In this document: one piece after another, positions 1-10,643 of the stretch
Position numbering within the stretch: the stretch's first letter is position 1
Layout: every line of letters begins with the position of its first letter
Assembly (NCBI GenBank): GCA_034003665.1
Contig: JAVEYE010000001.1
Location: 1-43,377 of the forward strand
Direction: 5' to 3'
DNA length: 43,377 bases
Source of the DNA: Rhodospirillales bacterium
GTDB lineage: Bacteria; Pseudomonadota; Alphaproteobacteria; Rhodospirillales; Shumkoniaceae
Translations under genes and position numbers: made by a program
Notes under the pieces: model-generated
Told to the model about the DNA's origin: nothing
Seen by the model: the letters and a program-made list of their open reading frames with translations, nothing else
Databases searched by the model: none

Positions 1-35
1 CCTGGGATGATCGGTCATGAGACACCTTGGAAGGT

Positions 36-674
36 TCAGGCGGCGTAGCGCCACCAGAGCTTGCGGTTGCCGTCCCAGCGGAAGCCCGCCTCCTGGAGGA
101 AGGCGCGCTTGTCGCGGACGTTGCCGGAGGCGGTGACGCAGAGCCGACCGTTGTTGGCGGCGACTGTGCGGTACTCGACGCCGTCGATGCGTGGCAGCCC
201 GGCCAATGGGTCGGGAGCCTCGGCCTGGGGAGCATGGTGCCGCCGGGCCTTGTTCTTCTGCCTCGGGATCGCCGCCTCGGCGTCGTCATCGGCCTCGCTG
301 ACCATGCCGACCAGAGTGGCCAGGCCATATCGGCGGGCATAGGTGAGTGCCGAGCCGTAGCCCTGCGGGTCGTTCTTCGGCAGCGGCATCACCATCATCG
401 ACGATTGCCACTGACCGGAATCGCCATGTACCAGCTTGGTGACCAATCCCAGGTGACCGGCTTCCGCCGCCACCGGGTATTGCGCCACCCAGACGGATTG
501 CGCGGTCAGGGCGTCCCGGCAGGCGTCGATGACGGAATTGAGCGTCGCGTAGCGGTTCTTGACGAACGGATTCTCGGCGTCCTTGCACGCCGGATTGAGC
601 GCCTGTTGCACCTTGACCATCGCCTTCGCCAGTTCGGCGATGTCAGGCGAAGAAAAAGCCTCGGAAATCAGCAT
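36..674 (-). CDS. ERF-family single-strand DNA annealing (recombination) protein
   Basis: ERF signatures KDAENPFVKNRYATL and PQGYGSALTYARRYGL. Start placed at ATG 674, about 7 nt from a GGAGG RBS; the ORF track extends to 824. Confidence 0.85.
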   Translation of the reverse strand: MLISEAFSSPDIAELAKAMVKVQQALNPACKDAENPFVKNRYATLNSVIDACRDALTAQSVWVAQYPVAAEAGHLGLVTKLVHGDSGQWQSSMMVMPLPKNDPQGYGSALTYARRYGLATLVGMVSEADDDAEAAIPRQKNKARRHHAPQAEAPDPLAGLPRIDGVEYRTVAANNGRLCVTASGNVRDKRAFLQEAGFRWDGNRKLWWRYAA

Positions 675-691
675 ATTCATTCCCTCCATAG

Positions 692-727
692 CAAAACGCC
701 CCGCTTCCCGTCGGGGAAGCAGGGCGT
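692..727 (-). terminator. Intrinsic terminator-like hairpin immediately upstream of the ERF gene RBS
   Basis: Minus strand reads ACGCCCTGCTTCCC-CGAC-GGGAAGCGGGGCGT followed by TTTG: a 14-bp stem with one G-U pair and a short U tract. Confidence 0.6.
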
Positions 728-916
728 CTGGTTGATTCAAGGGAATGATATATGGGTGAAAGCTGACGAACTGCGCTCTTCTGCTCTTGGATTTCCAGGC
801 TTGCACCGCGTCATGACCTCGCACACATCCGCCAAGGATGCGTTAACCCGCCGCGATGGTCGAAACTGCAGGAAAACCGCTTCGTCGCCTTTCTGCGCGA
901 TCGTCTAACGTGCCTA

Positions 917-2941
917 TCAATTGCCCATACCGGAGGCCTTGATTGCGTTGCCAAGCAACGCGTTGTGAGCGCCACTTATCACCCAATTGGAAAAGTCGAC
1001 TCCGGCTACATCACTGGCAATCGTCCGGTCCTCCGTTTCGATAAACTTGGCCCTTGATGGAATCAGACATGCGATGAGACCTCCAGATTTCGACTGCTTC
1101 GCATACACATTCTGACCGCCTCCATCGACAAAGACCCTTCTGAAGTAAACCGCCTTCAATTGGCCTCGCTGTTCCCTGCTCCTCACAATCGTCATGCTGT
1201 ACTCGTTTTCGAAAAAGCCTGGATCACTAAACTCTATACGCTCGATGGCCGCGACTTTCTGGGATAGAAGGGCTACATATTCTGGTACCATGACAAAATT
1301 TGATCCAGCCACGCGTTCTCTGACGAGGTCGCCTGAACTGCCACCAAGACGTCGGCGCCCATCGACCCCAGCGACACAAATGTCCTTAGTTGAAGCTGGC
1401 AACTTGTATCGAGAGGCGAGTGATGACACGATCTCCCAATACGAACCGATCAGTTTGATCTCCTTATAAATGACTTTTGCTCGATGTATCCCTTGTTCAG
1501 CAGCCTTGCGGTACCACTTCGCGGCCATATTGTTGTCCTGAGGCAAGCCCTTGCCGACGAGATATAAGTCTCCAAGGCATTCCTGCGCGGGTGCGTATCC
1601 CTGGGATGCCGATTTGCGGTACCAGTCGGCGGCCTTGGCAAAATCTTTTGGGAGACCATATCCATTTTCATGCATGAGCCCTAAATAGTATTGAGCTTTG
1701 GAATTGCCCTGATCACCTAATTTTGAAAACAAAGACAAGGCTTTTTCGTATTGTCTGCTGTTATAATACGATATTCCGATGCGTTCTTTTGAAGATTGGT
1801 CGCCTTGCTCTGCCTTTATTTTAATTAATAATTCGTTTGCACCATCCACGTATTGTTCGGCAGCTTTATGGCAGAGAGCTTCAGCTTCATTCACATCCTT
1901 GGGAACGCCTCTTCCATCAAAGTACATCCTACACAATTTGAACTGAGCCTTCTTATGGCCTTGATCAACTGCTTTTTGATACCAAGCTGCAGCAATTGTA
2001 TCATCAGGTCCAAGCCCAAGCCCGGAAGGAGTGGCATCGAAAACCTCTGATCTGTAAGATCGATCTTCAGAGTCATATAATAAGCCGAAATTATACTGGG
2101 CATTGGCATTACCGCCTGTCACGTCTTGAATTAAATGTTCATAACTATTCTGGTCACGAACACTCCATCTACTCCAAGCATCTGGCTGGGAAGAAGGCGG
2201 TGGTAGCGTCTGTGGAGAATGCTGTTTTAATTCCGGCTCTAATTGCGTCGGTACAGCAGACTGTGAAAGCGTGGACAGTGGAGGCGGACTCGTCGCGGCG
2301 ATTTGGTAGATATTGATTGGCGCGGCTCTGGAAAAGGAGGCCGCTCCATCGTCAAAAATCTTGAGTAGGCCGGACACCTGAACTAGGGTTCTTTCATCTT
2401 CTAGTGAACCAAAAACTTCTTGTTCCTTGTCAGATAAGTCCCACGAGTACCCAAGCGTTAGCATCCCACCATGGGAGTCCACAAAAACATACTTGCCGCC
2501 AGCTCCGTCGTGCCCGAACTCAATGCTGCCCGCAACCGATGCGAGAGCTTCCCTTGATTCGAAAAGTTCAATCTCGCCTTTCAAGGCGGGAATAGTGAGA
2601 ACGGGAAGTGTCCCAGGATTTGGCAACGGTTCCAATGTGGCGGACAGAGTGAGTATCCGGTCCCTGTACAGGCTGAGGATGCACGCGGCATCCTCGCACC
2701 GATTGCGGACCTGCAACCACTCTTTCTGCTCTTTCTCTATCTCCGCTGCATCCAGAGAACTGAAGGCCTTCTTATACAAAATAGCGAGCCGCTCATCCGC
2801 GTCATTGATCTCTGGATCGCCGCAAATGGCCTTTTCGATCACGGTAGAAGCTTTAAGGCAGTTGAAACTAGCGGCCTGACTCCCGGCGGTCGCGGAAATT
2901 AGGGCGGCGGCTCCAAGTAGTAGACTCGCGCAGGTTCTCAT
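917..2941 (-). CDS. Secreted protein with N-terminal LprI-like (lysozyme inhibitor) domain and Sel1-like repeats
   Basis: Signal peptide ending in SQA, then ASFNCLKASTVIEKAIC...EQKEWLQVRNRC (LprI pattern). Several Sel1 repeats follow (AQYYLGLMHENGYGLPKDFAKAADWYRKSA). Confidence 0.75.
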   Translation of the reverse strand: MRTCASLLLGAAALISATAGSQAASFNCLKASTVIEKAICGDPEINDADERLAILYKKAFSSLDAAEIEKEQKEWLQVRNRCEDAACILSLYRDRILTLSATLEPLPNPGTLPVLTIPALKGEIELFESREALASVAGSIEFGHDGAGGKYVFVDSHGGMLTLGYSWDLSDKEQEVFGSLEDERTLVQVSGLLKIFDDGAASFSRAAPINIYQIAATSPPPLSTLSQSAVPTQLEPELKQHSPQTLPPPSSQPDAWSRWSVRDQNSYEHLIQDVTGGNANAQYNFGLLYDSEDRSYRSEVFDATPSGLGLGPDDTIAAAWYQKAVDQGHKKAQFKLCRMYFDGRGVPKDVNEAEALCHKAAEQYVDGANELLIKIKAEQGDQSSKERIGISYYNSRQYEKALSLFSKLGDQGNSKAQYYLGLMHENGYGLPKDFAKAADWYRKSASQGYAPAQECLGDLYLVGKGLPQDNNMAAKWYRKAAEQGIHRAKVIYKEIKLIGSYWEIVSSLASRYKLPASTKDICVAGVDGRRRLGGSSGDLVRERVAGSNFVMVPEYVALLSQKVAAIERIEFSDPGFFENEYSMTIVRSREQRGQLKAVYFRRVFVDGGGQNVYAKQSKSGGLIACLIPSRAKFIETEDRTIASDVAGVDFSNWVISGAHNALLGNAIKASGMGN

Positions 2942-3488
2942 CTTCTTCCCCCAGCCTGATTCGGGCATGATGCGCATTACGGGATACAATTTGCGGGCGC
3001 TCAGCGTTCCCCGAGCAAGGCTAATAGGTACGCCGAATCAATCATCCGGCGCTAGTATTCAGTAGCGGACTTGCCCGTCGCGCGTAGTGTGGAACGGAGG
3101 CGTCGAATTGAGGCTGTTGTTGCCAGAGCGGCTGAACGGCGATGGGGAGACCGAAGGGCATATCCTCTTTGAGAACAAGTATCCGGAACGGCTTGTCGAA
3201 TCCGCAACGCCTCGCTGGCCTGGACTGGTTTGCCCTAGTTTTCCCAGATATGCTCAAAATTGAGCGAAGGGGGAGTCCGCGATGTCCGACTCGCACAATC
3301 TAGCCATGACCAACTGCGACGTGGGCGGCTGTGAACCTGGACAAAAAGGCCATCTACCGATTGACGAAACGCGGCATCCTTCCGGACTTCGAGGCGGCAG
3401 AAACATCGCGTTTTCTTGAAATCAGAAACCGACGATCGGCTAGGCCACCAAGAGCGGCGGCTTCCAAAAAAGCTAAGGGGGAAATGGG

Positions 3489-5621
3489 GTGAGCGGTTTG
3501 AACATCGGCAATTTCATCTGGAACATCGCCGACGACGTCCTGCGAGACGTCTACGTTCGGGGCAAGTATCGCGACGTCATCCTGCCAATGACCGTCATCC
3601 GCCGTCTGGATGCTGTGCTGGAGCCGACCAAGGATGCCGTGCTCACAATGAAGGCGCAGCTCGACAAAGCGGGGGTTGCGAACCAGCACGCCGCCCTGTG
3701 TCAGGCATCGGGCGAGGCCTTCTACAACACCTCTCAGTTCCGCCTGCGCGACCTCGCGTCCCGCGCCCGTCGCCAGCAGCTGAAGGCCGACTTCGAGGCG
3801 TATCTCGACGGCTTCTCGCCGAACGTTCAGGAGGTGCTGGACAAGTTTAAGTTCCGCAACCAGATCCCCACACTCGTGGAGGCCGACGTCCTCGGTTTCC
3901 TGCTCGAAAAGTTTCTCGATCCATCCGTCAATCTGAGCCCAAAGCCGGTGCTGCACCAGGACGGAAGTGTCCGGCTGCCCGGTCTCGACAACCATTCAAT
4001 GGGCACGATCTTCGAGGAACTCATTCGACGCTTCAACGAGGAGAACAACGAGGAGGCCGGTGAGCACTTCACGCCGCGCGACGTGGTCGAGCTCATGGCC
4101 CATGTCATCTTCATGCCCATCGCCGGCGCCATCCAGTCGGGGACATACCTCGTCTACGACGGGGCCTGCGGCACGGGCGGCATGCTGACGGTGGCGGAAG
4201 AGACGCTGATCAAACTGGCGACAGATCACGGCAAAGAGGTGTCGGTTCACCTCTACGGCCAGGAGGTCAACCCCGAAACCTTCGCCATCAGCAAAGCCGA
4301 CCTGATCCTGAAGGGAGAAGGCGCGGAAGCCGAGAACATGAAGTTCGGCTCAACGCTGTCGGCGGACGCGTTCCCGTCCCGCGAGTTCGACTTCATGCTG
4401 TCGAACCCCCCCTATGGAAAGTCCTGGAAGACGGACCTGGAGCGCATGGGGGGCAAGAAGGAAATCCGCGACACGCGCTTCGTGATCGAGCACGGCGGCG
4501 ATCCCGAGTTCAGCCTGATCACTCGGTCGAGCGATGGCCAGATGGTCTTCCTGGCCAACATGCTCAGCAAGATGAAGAAGGCATCTCCGTTGGGGAGCCG
4601 GATTGCCGAGGTGCACAACGGGTCCTCGCTCTTCACTGGGGATGCGGGTTCCGGTGAAAGCAATGTCCGCCGCTGGATCATCGAGAACGACTGGCTCGAA
4701 GCCATCATCGCCCTGCCGCTGAACATCTTCTACAACACCGGCATCGCGACCTACATCTGGGTCCTGAGCAATCGCAAGGCTGAGAGCCGCAAGGGCAAGG
4801 TGCAGCTTATCGACGCCACAGCTTGGTTCAAGCCGCGGCGCAAGAACCTCGGAAAAAAGAACTGCGACCTCGGCGCTGACGATATCAGGCGAATCTGCGA
4901 CGCGTTTCTTCAGCAAAAGGAAGACGAGGCGTCCAAGATCTTCCCGAACGACGCCTTCGGCTATTGGAAAATCACGGTCGAGCGTCCCTTGCGCCTGAAG
5001 ACGGAGCTGGCGGACGAAGCCTTGCGGCGCTTCCGCAAGGCGTGCGCAGAAGCGGGAGAAGACGATCTGGTCCGCGCCGTCGAGGCGGTGGCGGAGGCCC
5101 GCGGCCCCGGCCCGCATCTGGACTTCAACGCCTTCGCCACCGAGGTGGAGGGTGCCGCCGTTGCCCTTGGCGTTCGCATGACGGCCAAACGGCAGAAGCT
5201 GCTGATGTCGGCGCTCGGCCAGAAGGACACCGCAGCGGAACCTATGATCCGCAAGACCTCGAGGCCGAAGGCCGGAGCAGACGCGGCGCGGGAAGCGCTT
5301 TACGGCAGCTACCACACGGCCGTGGGCGGCAAACCGATCGTCATGGAATACGAGCCCGACACGGAACTGCGGGACACCGAACAGGTGCCGTTCCTCGAAG
5401 AAGGCGGCATCGAAGCCTTCTTCCGCCGCGAGGTATTGCCGCATGCGTCCGACGCGTGGATCGACGCCTCGAAAACGGTGATCGGGTACGAGCTTTCCTT
5501 CACGCGACATTTTTACAAGCCGCAGCCCTTGCGCAGCTTGGAAGAGATTGAGGCGGATATCCGAGCGCTGGTCAAAGAGACCGAAGGCCTGCTCGAAGAC
5601 GTCCTCGTGGGAGGGCGCTAG
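3489..5621 (+). CDS. hsdM: Type I RM methyltransferase subunit
   Basis: N-terminal [22 protein letters not shown], motif [12 protein letters not shown], catalytic NPPY. Confidence 0.95.
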   Translation: MSGLNIGNFIWNIADDVLRDVYVRGKYRDVILPMTVIRRLDAVLEPTKDAVLTMKAQLDKAGVANQHAALCQASGEAFYNTSQFRLRDLASRARRQQLKADFEAYLDGFSPNVQEVLDKFKFRNQIPTLVEADVLGFLLEKFLDPSVNLSPKPVLHQDGSVRLPGLDNHSMGTIFEELIRRFNEENNEEAGEHFTPRDVVELMAHVIFMPIAGAIQSGTYLVYDGACGTGGMLTVAEETLIKLATDHGKEVSVHLYGQEVNPETFAISKADLILKGEGAEAENMKFGSTLSADAFPSREFDFMLSNPPYGKSWKTDLERMGGKKEIRDTRFVIEHGGDPEFSLITRSSDGQMVFLANMLSKMKKASPLGSRIAEVHNGSSLFTGDAGSGESNVRRWIIENDWLEAIIALPLNIFYNTGIATYIWVLSNRKAESRKGKVQLIDATAWFKPRRKNLGKKNCDLGADDIRRICDAFLQQKEDEASKIFPNDAFGYWKITVERPLRLKTELADEALRRFRKACAEAGEDDLVRAVEAVAEARGPGPHLDFNAFATEVEGAAVALGVRMTAKRQKLLMSALGQKDTAAEPMIRKTSRPKAGADAAREALYGSYHTAVGGKPIVMEYEPDTELRDTEQVPFLEEGGIEAFFRREVLPHASDAWIDASKTVIGYELSFTRHFYKPQPLRSLEEIEADIRALVKETEGLLEDVLVGGR

Positions 5622-5623
5622 GC

Positions 5624-7420
5624 ATGGCCACCCAACGCTACTCCGTCACTCCCCATCCGATCGAGACGCTGCTGACCTGGGTGAAGTCGGGCGAGATCGC
5701 GATTCCCGAAATCCAGCGTCCCTTCGTGTGGGATGCGACGAAAGTGCGCAACCTGCTTGACTCCCTCTACCACGGCTATCCCGTCGGCTATCTGATCGCC
5801 TGGCGAAATCCCACGGTGCGGCTGAAGGACGGCTCGTCCTCCTCGGGCAAACGCATCCTGATTGACGGGCAGCAGCGGGTGACGGCGCTCATGGCGTCCC
5901 TGCTCGGACGCGAGGTTCTGACCAAGGATTACGAAATCGTACGCATCCGCATTGCCTTCCATCCCGTGGATGAGACGTTCGAGGTCTCGAACCCCGCCAT
6001 CCAGAAGAACCCGGCATGGATTCCCGATGTGGCCGAGGTCTTTTCCCCGGACACCAGCCTGACCAAGCTCACGCGGGACTACGTGAAACGGAATCCGGAC
6101 GTGGACCAGGACGACGTTTCGATCGTTCTGGAACGGGTGCGGAAGATCATCAACAACCATGTCGGCTTCATCGAACTGGCTGAGGATCTCGATATCGAGA
6201 CGGTGACCGAGATCTTCATCCGCGTGAATTCGGCTGGCGCGCCACTCAGCCAGGCCGACTTCGCCATGTCTAAGATCGCGGCGAACGAAACCTATGGCGG
6301 CAACATGCTGCGCAAAGCCATCGACTATTTCTGCCACCTCGCCGTGGCGCCTGAGTTCCTTTCGCGCATCGAAAAAGGCGACGCGGCGTTCGCCGCCTCC
6401 GAGTTTCTTCCCAAAATGCGATGGCTGAAAGACGTTAACGACGATCTCTACGATCCTTCCTATACCGACATGCTGCGCGTCGCTTTCACGTCGGAATTCC
6501 GGCGCGGCAAGCTTCAGGATCTCGTGGCTCTGCTGTCGGGCCGGAATTTCGAGACCAAGCAATATGAGGAGGCGGTCGCCGAGGGCGCCTTCGCCAAGCT
6601 CAAGGCCGGGGTCTTCAACTTTATGAACAAGACCCACTTCGATAGGCTCACCATGATTCTGCGTTCGGCGGGCTTCGTGATTTCCGGCCTGATCCGCAGC
6701 CAAAATGCCATCAACTTCGCCTACATCCTTTATTTACGAGGCCGTGCCGAAGGCCTGCCGGCTGCCGACATCGAGCGTCTTGTCCGGCGCTGGTACGTCA
6801 TGTCGGTTCTGCGGGGCCGCTATTCGGGAAGTCCCGAGACGGCCTTCGATTTCGACATGCGCCAGATTGAGACCCGGGGCCTCGCCTCCTATTGCGAGGC
6901 GGTCATCGATGCCGAGTTGCCGGAAAGCTTTTGGACGACGCTGCTCCCGCAGGAGATGGACACGTCCTCTGCATCGAGCCCCTACTTCCTGGTCTATCAG
7001 GCTGCGCAGGTGAAGCTCGGGGACCTCGGCTTCCTGTCGCGGGACATCACCGTGCGCGACCTGTTGCTGAACCGCAGCGACGTGCACCACGTCTACCCGC
7101 GCAACCACCTGAAAAAGCAGGGCATGGCGCGTGGGCGTTACAACCAGATCGCCAACTTCGTTCTCGCGCAAAGCGAGATCAACATCGGCATCGGCGATCG
7201 GGCGCCCGAAGTCTACTTCGCCGAGCTTGCCGACCAATGCAACGGCGGGGCGAAGAAGTACGGCGGCATCACGGAAATGGCAGAGATGCGGGCCAACCTC
7301 CGCATGAGCTGTCTGCCCGAAGCGCTGCTCGATGGCGACGTTCCGGCTTTTGGAGACTTTCTCGAAGCGCGCCGAAAGCGAATGGCCCAAAAGATAAAGA
7401 CCTATTTCGAGGGACTCTGA
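5624..7420 (+). CDS. DUF262 (GmrSD-like) protein with C-terminal HNH-like domain; putative modification-dependent nuclease
   Basis: DUF262 motifs [16 protein letters not shown] and IFIRVN. C-terminal DVHHVYP...NQIANF resembles DUF1524/HNH. Confidence 0.85.
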   Translation: MATQRYSVTPHPIETLLTWVKSGEIAIPEIQRPFVWDATKVRNLLDSLYHGYPVGYLIAWRNPTVRLKDGSSSSGKRILIDGQQRVTALMASLLGREVLTKDYEIVRIRIAFHPVDETFEVSNPAIQKNPAWIPDVAEVFSPDTSLTKLTRDYVKRNPDVDQDDVSIVLERVRKIINNHVGFIELAEDLDIETVTEIFIRVNSAGAPLSQADFAMSKIAANETYGGNMLRKAIDYFCHLAVAPEFLSRIEKGDAAFAASEFLPKMRWLKDVNDDLYDPSYTDMLRVAFTSEFRRGKLQDLVALLSGRNFETKQYEEAVAEGAFAKLKAGVFNFMNKTHFDRLTMILRSAGFVISGLIRSQNAINFAYILYLRGRAEGLPAADIERLVRRWYVMSVLRGRYSGSPETAFDFDMRQIETRGLASYCEAVIDAELPESFWTTLLPQEMDTSSASSPYFLVYQAAQVKLGDLGFLSRDITVRDLLLNRSDVHHVYPRNHLKKQGMARGRYNQIANFVLAQSEINIGIGDRAPEVYFAELADQCNGGAKKYGGITEMAEMRANLRMSCLPEALLDGDVPAFGDFLEARRKRMAQKIKTYFEGL

Positions 7421-7460
7421 AGATCAGTTGGGGACACGAAACGCAAGCGGAGAGGGATAA

Positions 7461-8507
7461 ATGGCGGAACGCGACGACCTTTTCTCATCAATAGCAGCAA
7501 CAACCGCTGACTATCGTGAGGGGGACCTTGCGGCACCGACTCCGGAGCATGTCGAACGCTGGATAAGCCAGTTTGACGCTGCGGTGCAGCTTCCGATCCT
7601 TCGAGAGATGGATCATGTCCTGAAACAGACATATTTCTCAAGGAAATGGGTAACAGCCTTCTTTTCTCACCAGATAAAGCACGAAAAACTGACCGGACCA
7701 GATCCAGCCGGTTTCTGGACCGCCTCTCATCTTCTTGATATCCAGCAGAACGGGCACAGTCAGACGGAGATCAGGCAACTGTTTGCCGCTGCACTGCTTG
7801 AACAATGCGGCCTAGACCTTGACGAATGTGGGGCCGCCGGCGGCGCTTACATATACATCGACGACGTGATCTTCACTGGTGGGCGAGTAAGAAATGACCT
7901 CACGGCGTGGATCCGGGATACAGCACCAGCGACGGCGGTTGTACACATCCTGGTAATTGCCGCCCACAAACTTGGCGAATGGCAGTGCACGAAGAATTTA
8001 AAAGAGGTTGCCGCTGGGGTCGGCAAGGAAATCGAGATTCATGTATGGGCCGCAGCACGGATTGAGAACAGAAAGGCGTATCGCAACACCTCCGAAGTTT
8101 TATGGCCCGCTTTCGTTCCCGATGATGCTGCTTTGGCCGCCTATCTAGCCCAGCAAGAGCGTTTCCCTTTTGAGCCGCGCCATCCTGTCGGCAAGCTGGC
8201 AATCAATATCTTTTCGTCGGAAGAAGGGCGTCAGCTGCTCGAACGCGAATTCCTGCTGGCAGGCATACGTATTCGCGGGTTCTGCCAAAATCCTAATGCC
8301 ATCATGCGTCCTTTGGGCTTCAGCGGTTTCGGAGTAGGTTTCGGCTCGACAATCGTCACATATCGCAACTGCCCCAACAACGCTCCCCTCGCCTTGTGGT
8401 GGGGTGATCCCGATGCGCACCGCAATCACCCGTTCAGCAGGTGGTATCCGCTGCTGCAACGGCGAACATATGAACGAGAGGTCGATTTCGATGACTTCGA
8501 CTTCTGA
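7461..8507 (+). CDS. Phosphoribosyltransferase-like protein (PRTase-CE-like)
   Basis: PRPP-binding loop YIYIDDVIFTGG. C-terminal GFG...NCPNNAPLALWW...WYPLLQR matches my recollection of conflict-system PRTase-CE proteins. Confidence 0.7.
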   Translation: MAERDDLFSSIAATTADYREGDLAAPTPEHVERWISQFDAAVQLPILREMDHVLKQTYFSRKWVTAFFSHQIKHEKLTGPDPAGFWTASHLLDIQQNGHSQTEIRQLFAAALLEQCGLDLDECGAAGGAYIYIDDVIFTGGRVRNDLTAWIRDTAPATAVVHILVIAAHKLGEWQCTKNLKEVAAGVGKEIEIHVWAAARIENRKAYRNTSEVLWPAFVPDDAALAAYLAQQERFPFEPRHPVGKLAINIFSSEEGRQLLEREFLLAGIRIRGFCQNPNAIMRPLGFSGFGVGFGSTIVTYRNCPNNAPLALWWGDPDAHRNHPFSRWYPLLQRRTYEREVDFDDFDF

Positions 8508-10641
8508 GGCGCCTCGGAGCAACCAGTTTCGAACTTACGACAGGGAATCGAGCGTCGTCTTCCTGAAGACGAACGAGCGGTTCGGTGGTCTGTCGAACAT
8601 GGCGCCAGGGTTTCCGCTGCGGGTAAACGGCGTCCGCATCCGCACGTCGGAAGCGCTCTATCAGGCATGCCGCTTCCCACATCTGCCGGACGTGCAGCGC
8701 AAGATCATCGACGAGCACAGCCCCATGACGGCCAAGATGCGGAGCAAGCCGTTCCGCAGGGATTCTCGTCCGGATTGGGACGCCGTGCGCGTGAAGATCA
8801 TGCGTTGGTGCCTGCGCGTTAAGCTGGCGCAGAACTGGCGCGAGTTCGGCAGGCTGCTGCTGGCGACGGGAGACCGCCCCATCGTCGAGCAATCCCGCAA
8901 GGATGACTTCTGGGGCGCGAAGGTCGCCGAGGACGGTTCGCTCGTTGGCATGAACGTGCTGGGCCGCCTGCTGATGGAGCTACGCGAGCAGCTGAAGGGC
9001 GACGAGGCGGAGAGCCTGAACGCCATAGAGCCCTTGTCGATCCCACAGTTTTTGCTGTTTCAGCAGCCGATCGAAATGATTTGCGCTGAGCGCTCCCCCT
9101 CGCGATCAGCCGAGACTGCGCCGGGCCAATCACGGCCGGTCGCCCCGCCACTGCCGCGCGACTTGCCCCAACCCTCGCTTTTCGACCAGCCGATGATCGC
9201 CAAGGGCCAAATGAATATTCAAACCAATCCCGCCGTTGCGACGAACAGTAGCAAGGACCCGAAGCCCTATTCGAGGTATCGCGATAGTGCCCATGATTGG
9301 CTCGGGGCCGCGCCGGAACACTGGCAGGTCGTGCGGAGCAAGTACCTGTTCCGCGAAGTTGATGATCGCACGGATACGGGCACCGAAACGTTGCTATCCA
9401 TGCGCCAGGCACATGGTTTGATTCCACACGCCAAGGTCTCGACCAAACCGGTAACGCCTGAGGAGTTGAAGGGCTACAAGCGCGTTCAGACTGGACAGAT
9501 GGTGCTCAACCGAATGCAAGCCTCGAATGGCATGTTCGCTGTTGCTCGCGAGGACGGTCTTGTAAGCCCCGATTATGCTGTCTTTCGCCTTTTGAAGCCA
9601 ATTGAGCCGGATTATTTCGTCGATGTGTTCAAGACAAATATCTACCGGGCGAAGTTCCGACAAGAATCTAAAGGGCTCGGCACCGGCATGTCAGGCTTTT
9701 TGAGGCTCTATTCGGATCGCTTCGGCACGATTCCGGTGCCGCAACCGCCAGCGGACGAGCAGCGTAAGATCGTAGAGTTTATCCGGAGTTACGACCTTCG
9801 CATCCGCCGCCTGATCCGCAACAAGCGGCGGCTGATCGGGCTGTTGAGCGAGCAGAAGCAGGCGATCATCAACCGGGCCATCACGCGCGGCCTGAACCCT
9901 GACGTCCGGATGAAGCCCACCGGTATCGACTGGATGCCCGAGGTTCCAGCGCATTGGGAGGTTAAGCGTATAAAAAATGTTGTTCGAGAACGAGATGCCA
10001 GGAGCGGCACTGGTCAACACGAACTGCTATCACTCACGCGCAAGCAAGGTCTTGTTCGACATTCGGAAGTAGCTAGTCGGCCAGCAAGTGCGTCAGACTT
10101 TGCAAACTACAAAGTGTGCCTGCCGGGTGAGATTGTAATGAACCGGATGCAAGCATGGTCAGGCATGTTCGGACTAGCGAGCGAGGCAGGCATGGTAAGC
10201 CCGGATTACGCGGTATTTGCACCGATTGGCGACGCCGACGCTGCATATCTTGTAACGCTCTTTAAGACACCAATGATTGTGCAGCAATTTGCGATGCTCT
10301 CTCAAGGGATTGGCGATGGATTTAACCGGCTCTACACGCCGACAATGGGCGGAATTCCCATTGTTCTTCCCGCCGCTGATGAGCAACGACAGATCTTAGA
10401 ATACATCGAAAATGAAACACGCGAACTTGGGCAGCTCCAAGTTCGCTCTGAACATGAAATCGTCCTGATCCAAGAATACCGGGACCGCCTGATTGCCGAT
10501 GTTGTCACCGGCAAGCTGGACGTGCGCCATGTCGAGATCGCCGCGCCTGCGGATGTGCCCGAGATTGGTGACGAGGAGGAACTGGAACCCGACGCGGAAG
10601 TGGCCGAGGATGATTCGGAGCTCCTGGAGGCGGAGGACTGA
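8491..10641 (+). CDS. hsdS: NADAR (YbiA-like) domain fused in frame to type I RM specificity subunit HsdS
   Basis: NADAR motifs LSN, TSEALYQACRF, KLAQN, LLATGDRPIVE, DDFWG and GMNVLGRLLMELRE. A Pro-rich linker leads to HsdS (DWLGAAPEHWQV, PPADEQRKIV, EQKQAIINRAITRGL, LIADVVTGKLDVR). No stop between the domains. Start ATG 8491 follows GAGAGG. Confidence 0.88.
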   Translation: MTSTSEAPRSNQFRTYDRESSVVFLKTNERFGGLSNMAPGFPLRVNGVRIRTSEALYQACRFPHLPDVQRKIIDEHSPMTAKMRSKPFRRDSRPDWDAVRVKIMRWCLRVKLAQNWREFGRLLLATGDRPIVEQSRKDDFWGAKVAEDGSLVGMNVLGRLLMELREQLKGDEAESLNAIEPLSIPQFLLFQQPIEMICAERSPSRSAETAPGQSRPVAPPLPRDLPQPSLFDQPMIAKGQMNIQTNPAVATNSSKDPKPYSRYRDSAHDWLGAAPEHWQVVRSKYLFREVDDRTDTGTETLLSMRQAHGLIPHAKVSTKPVTPEELKGYKRVQTGQMVLNRMQASNGMFAVAREDGLVSPDYAVFRLLKPIEPDYFVDVFKTNIYRAKFRQESKGLGTGMSGFLRLYSDRFGTIPVPQPPADEQRKIVEFIRSYDLRIRRLIRNKRRLIGLLSEQKQAIINRAITRGLNPDVRMKPTGIDWMPEVPAHWEVKRIKNVVRERDARSGTGQHELLSLTRKQGLVRHSEVASRPASASDFANYKVCLPGEIVMNRMQAWSGMFGLASEAGMVSPDYAVFAPIGDADAAYLVTLFKTPMIVQQFAMLSQGIGDGFNRLYTPTMGGIPIVLPAADEQRQILEYIENETRELGQLQVRSEHEIVLIQEYRDRLIADVVTGKLDVRHVEIAAPADVPEIGDEEELEPDAEVAEDDSELLEAED

Positions 10642-10643
10642 TC

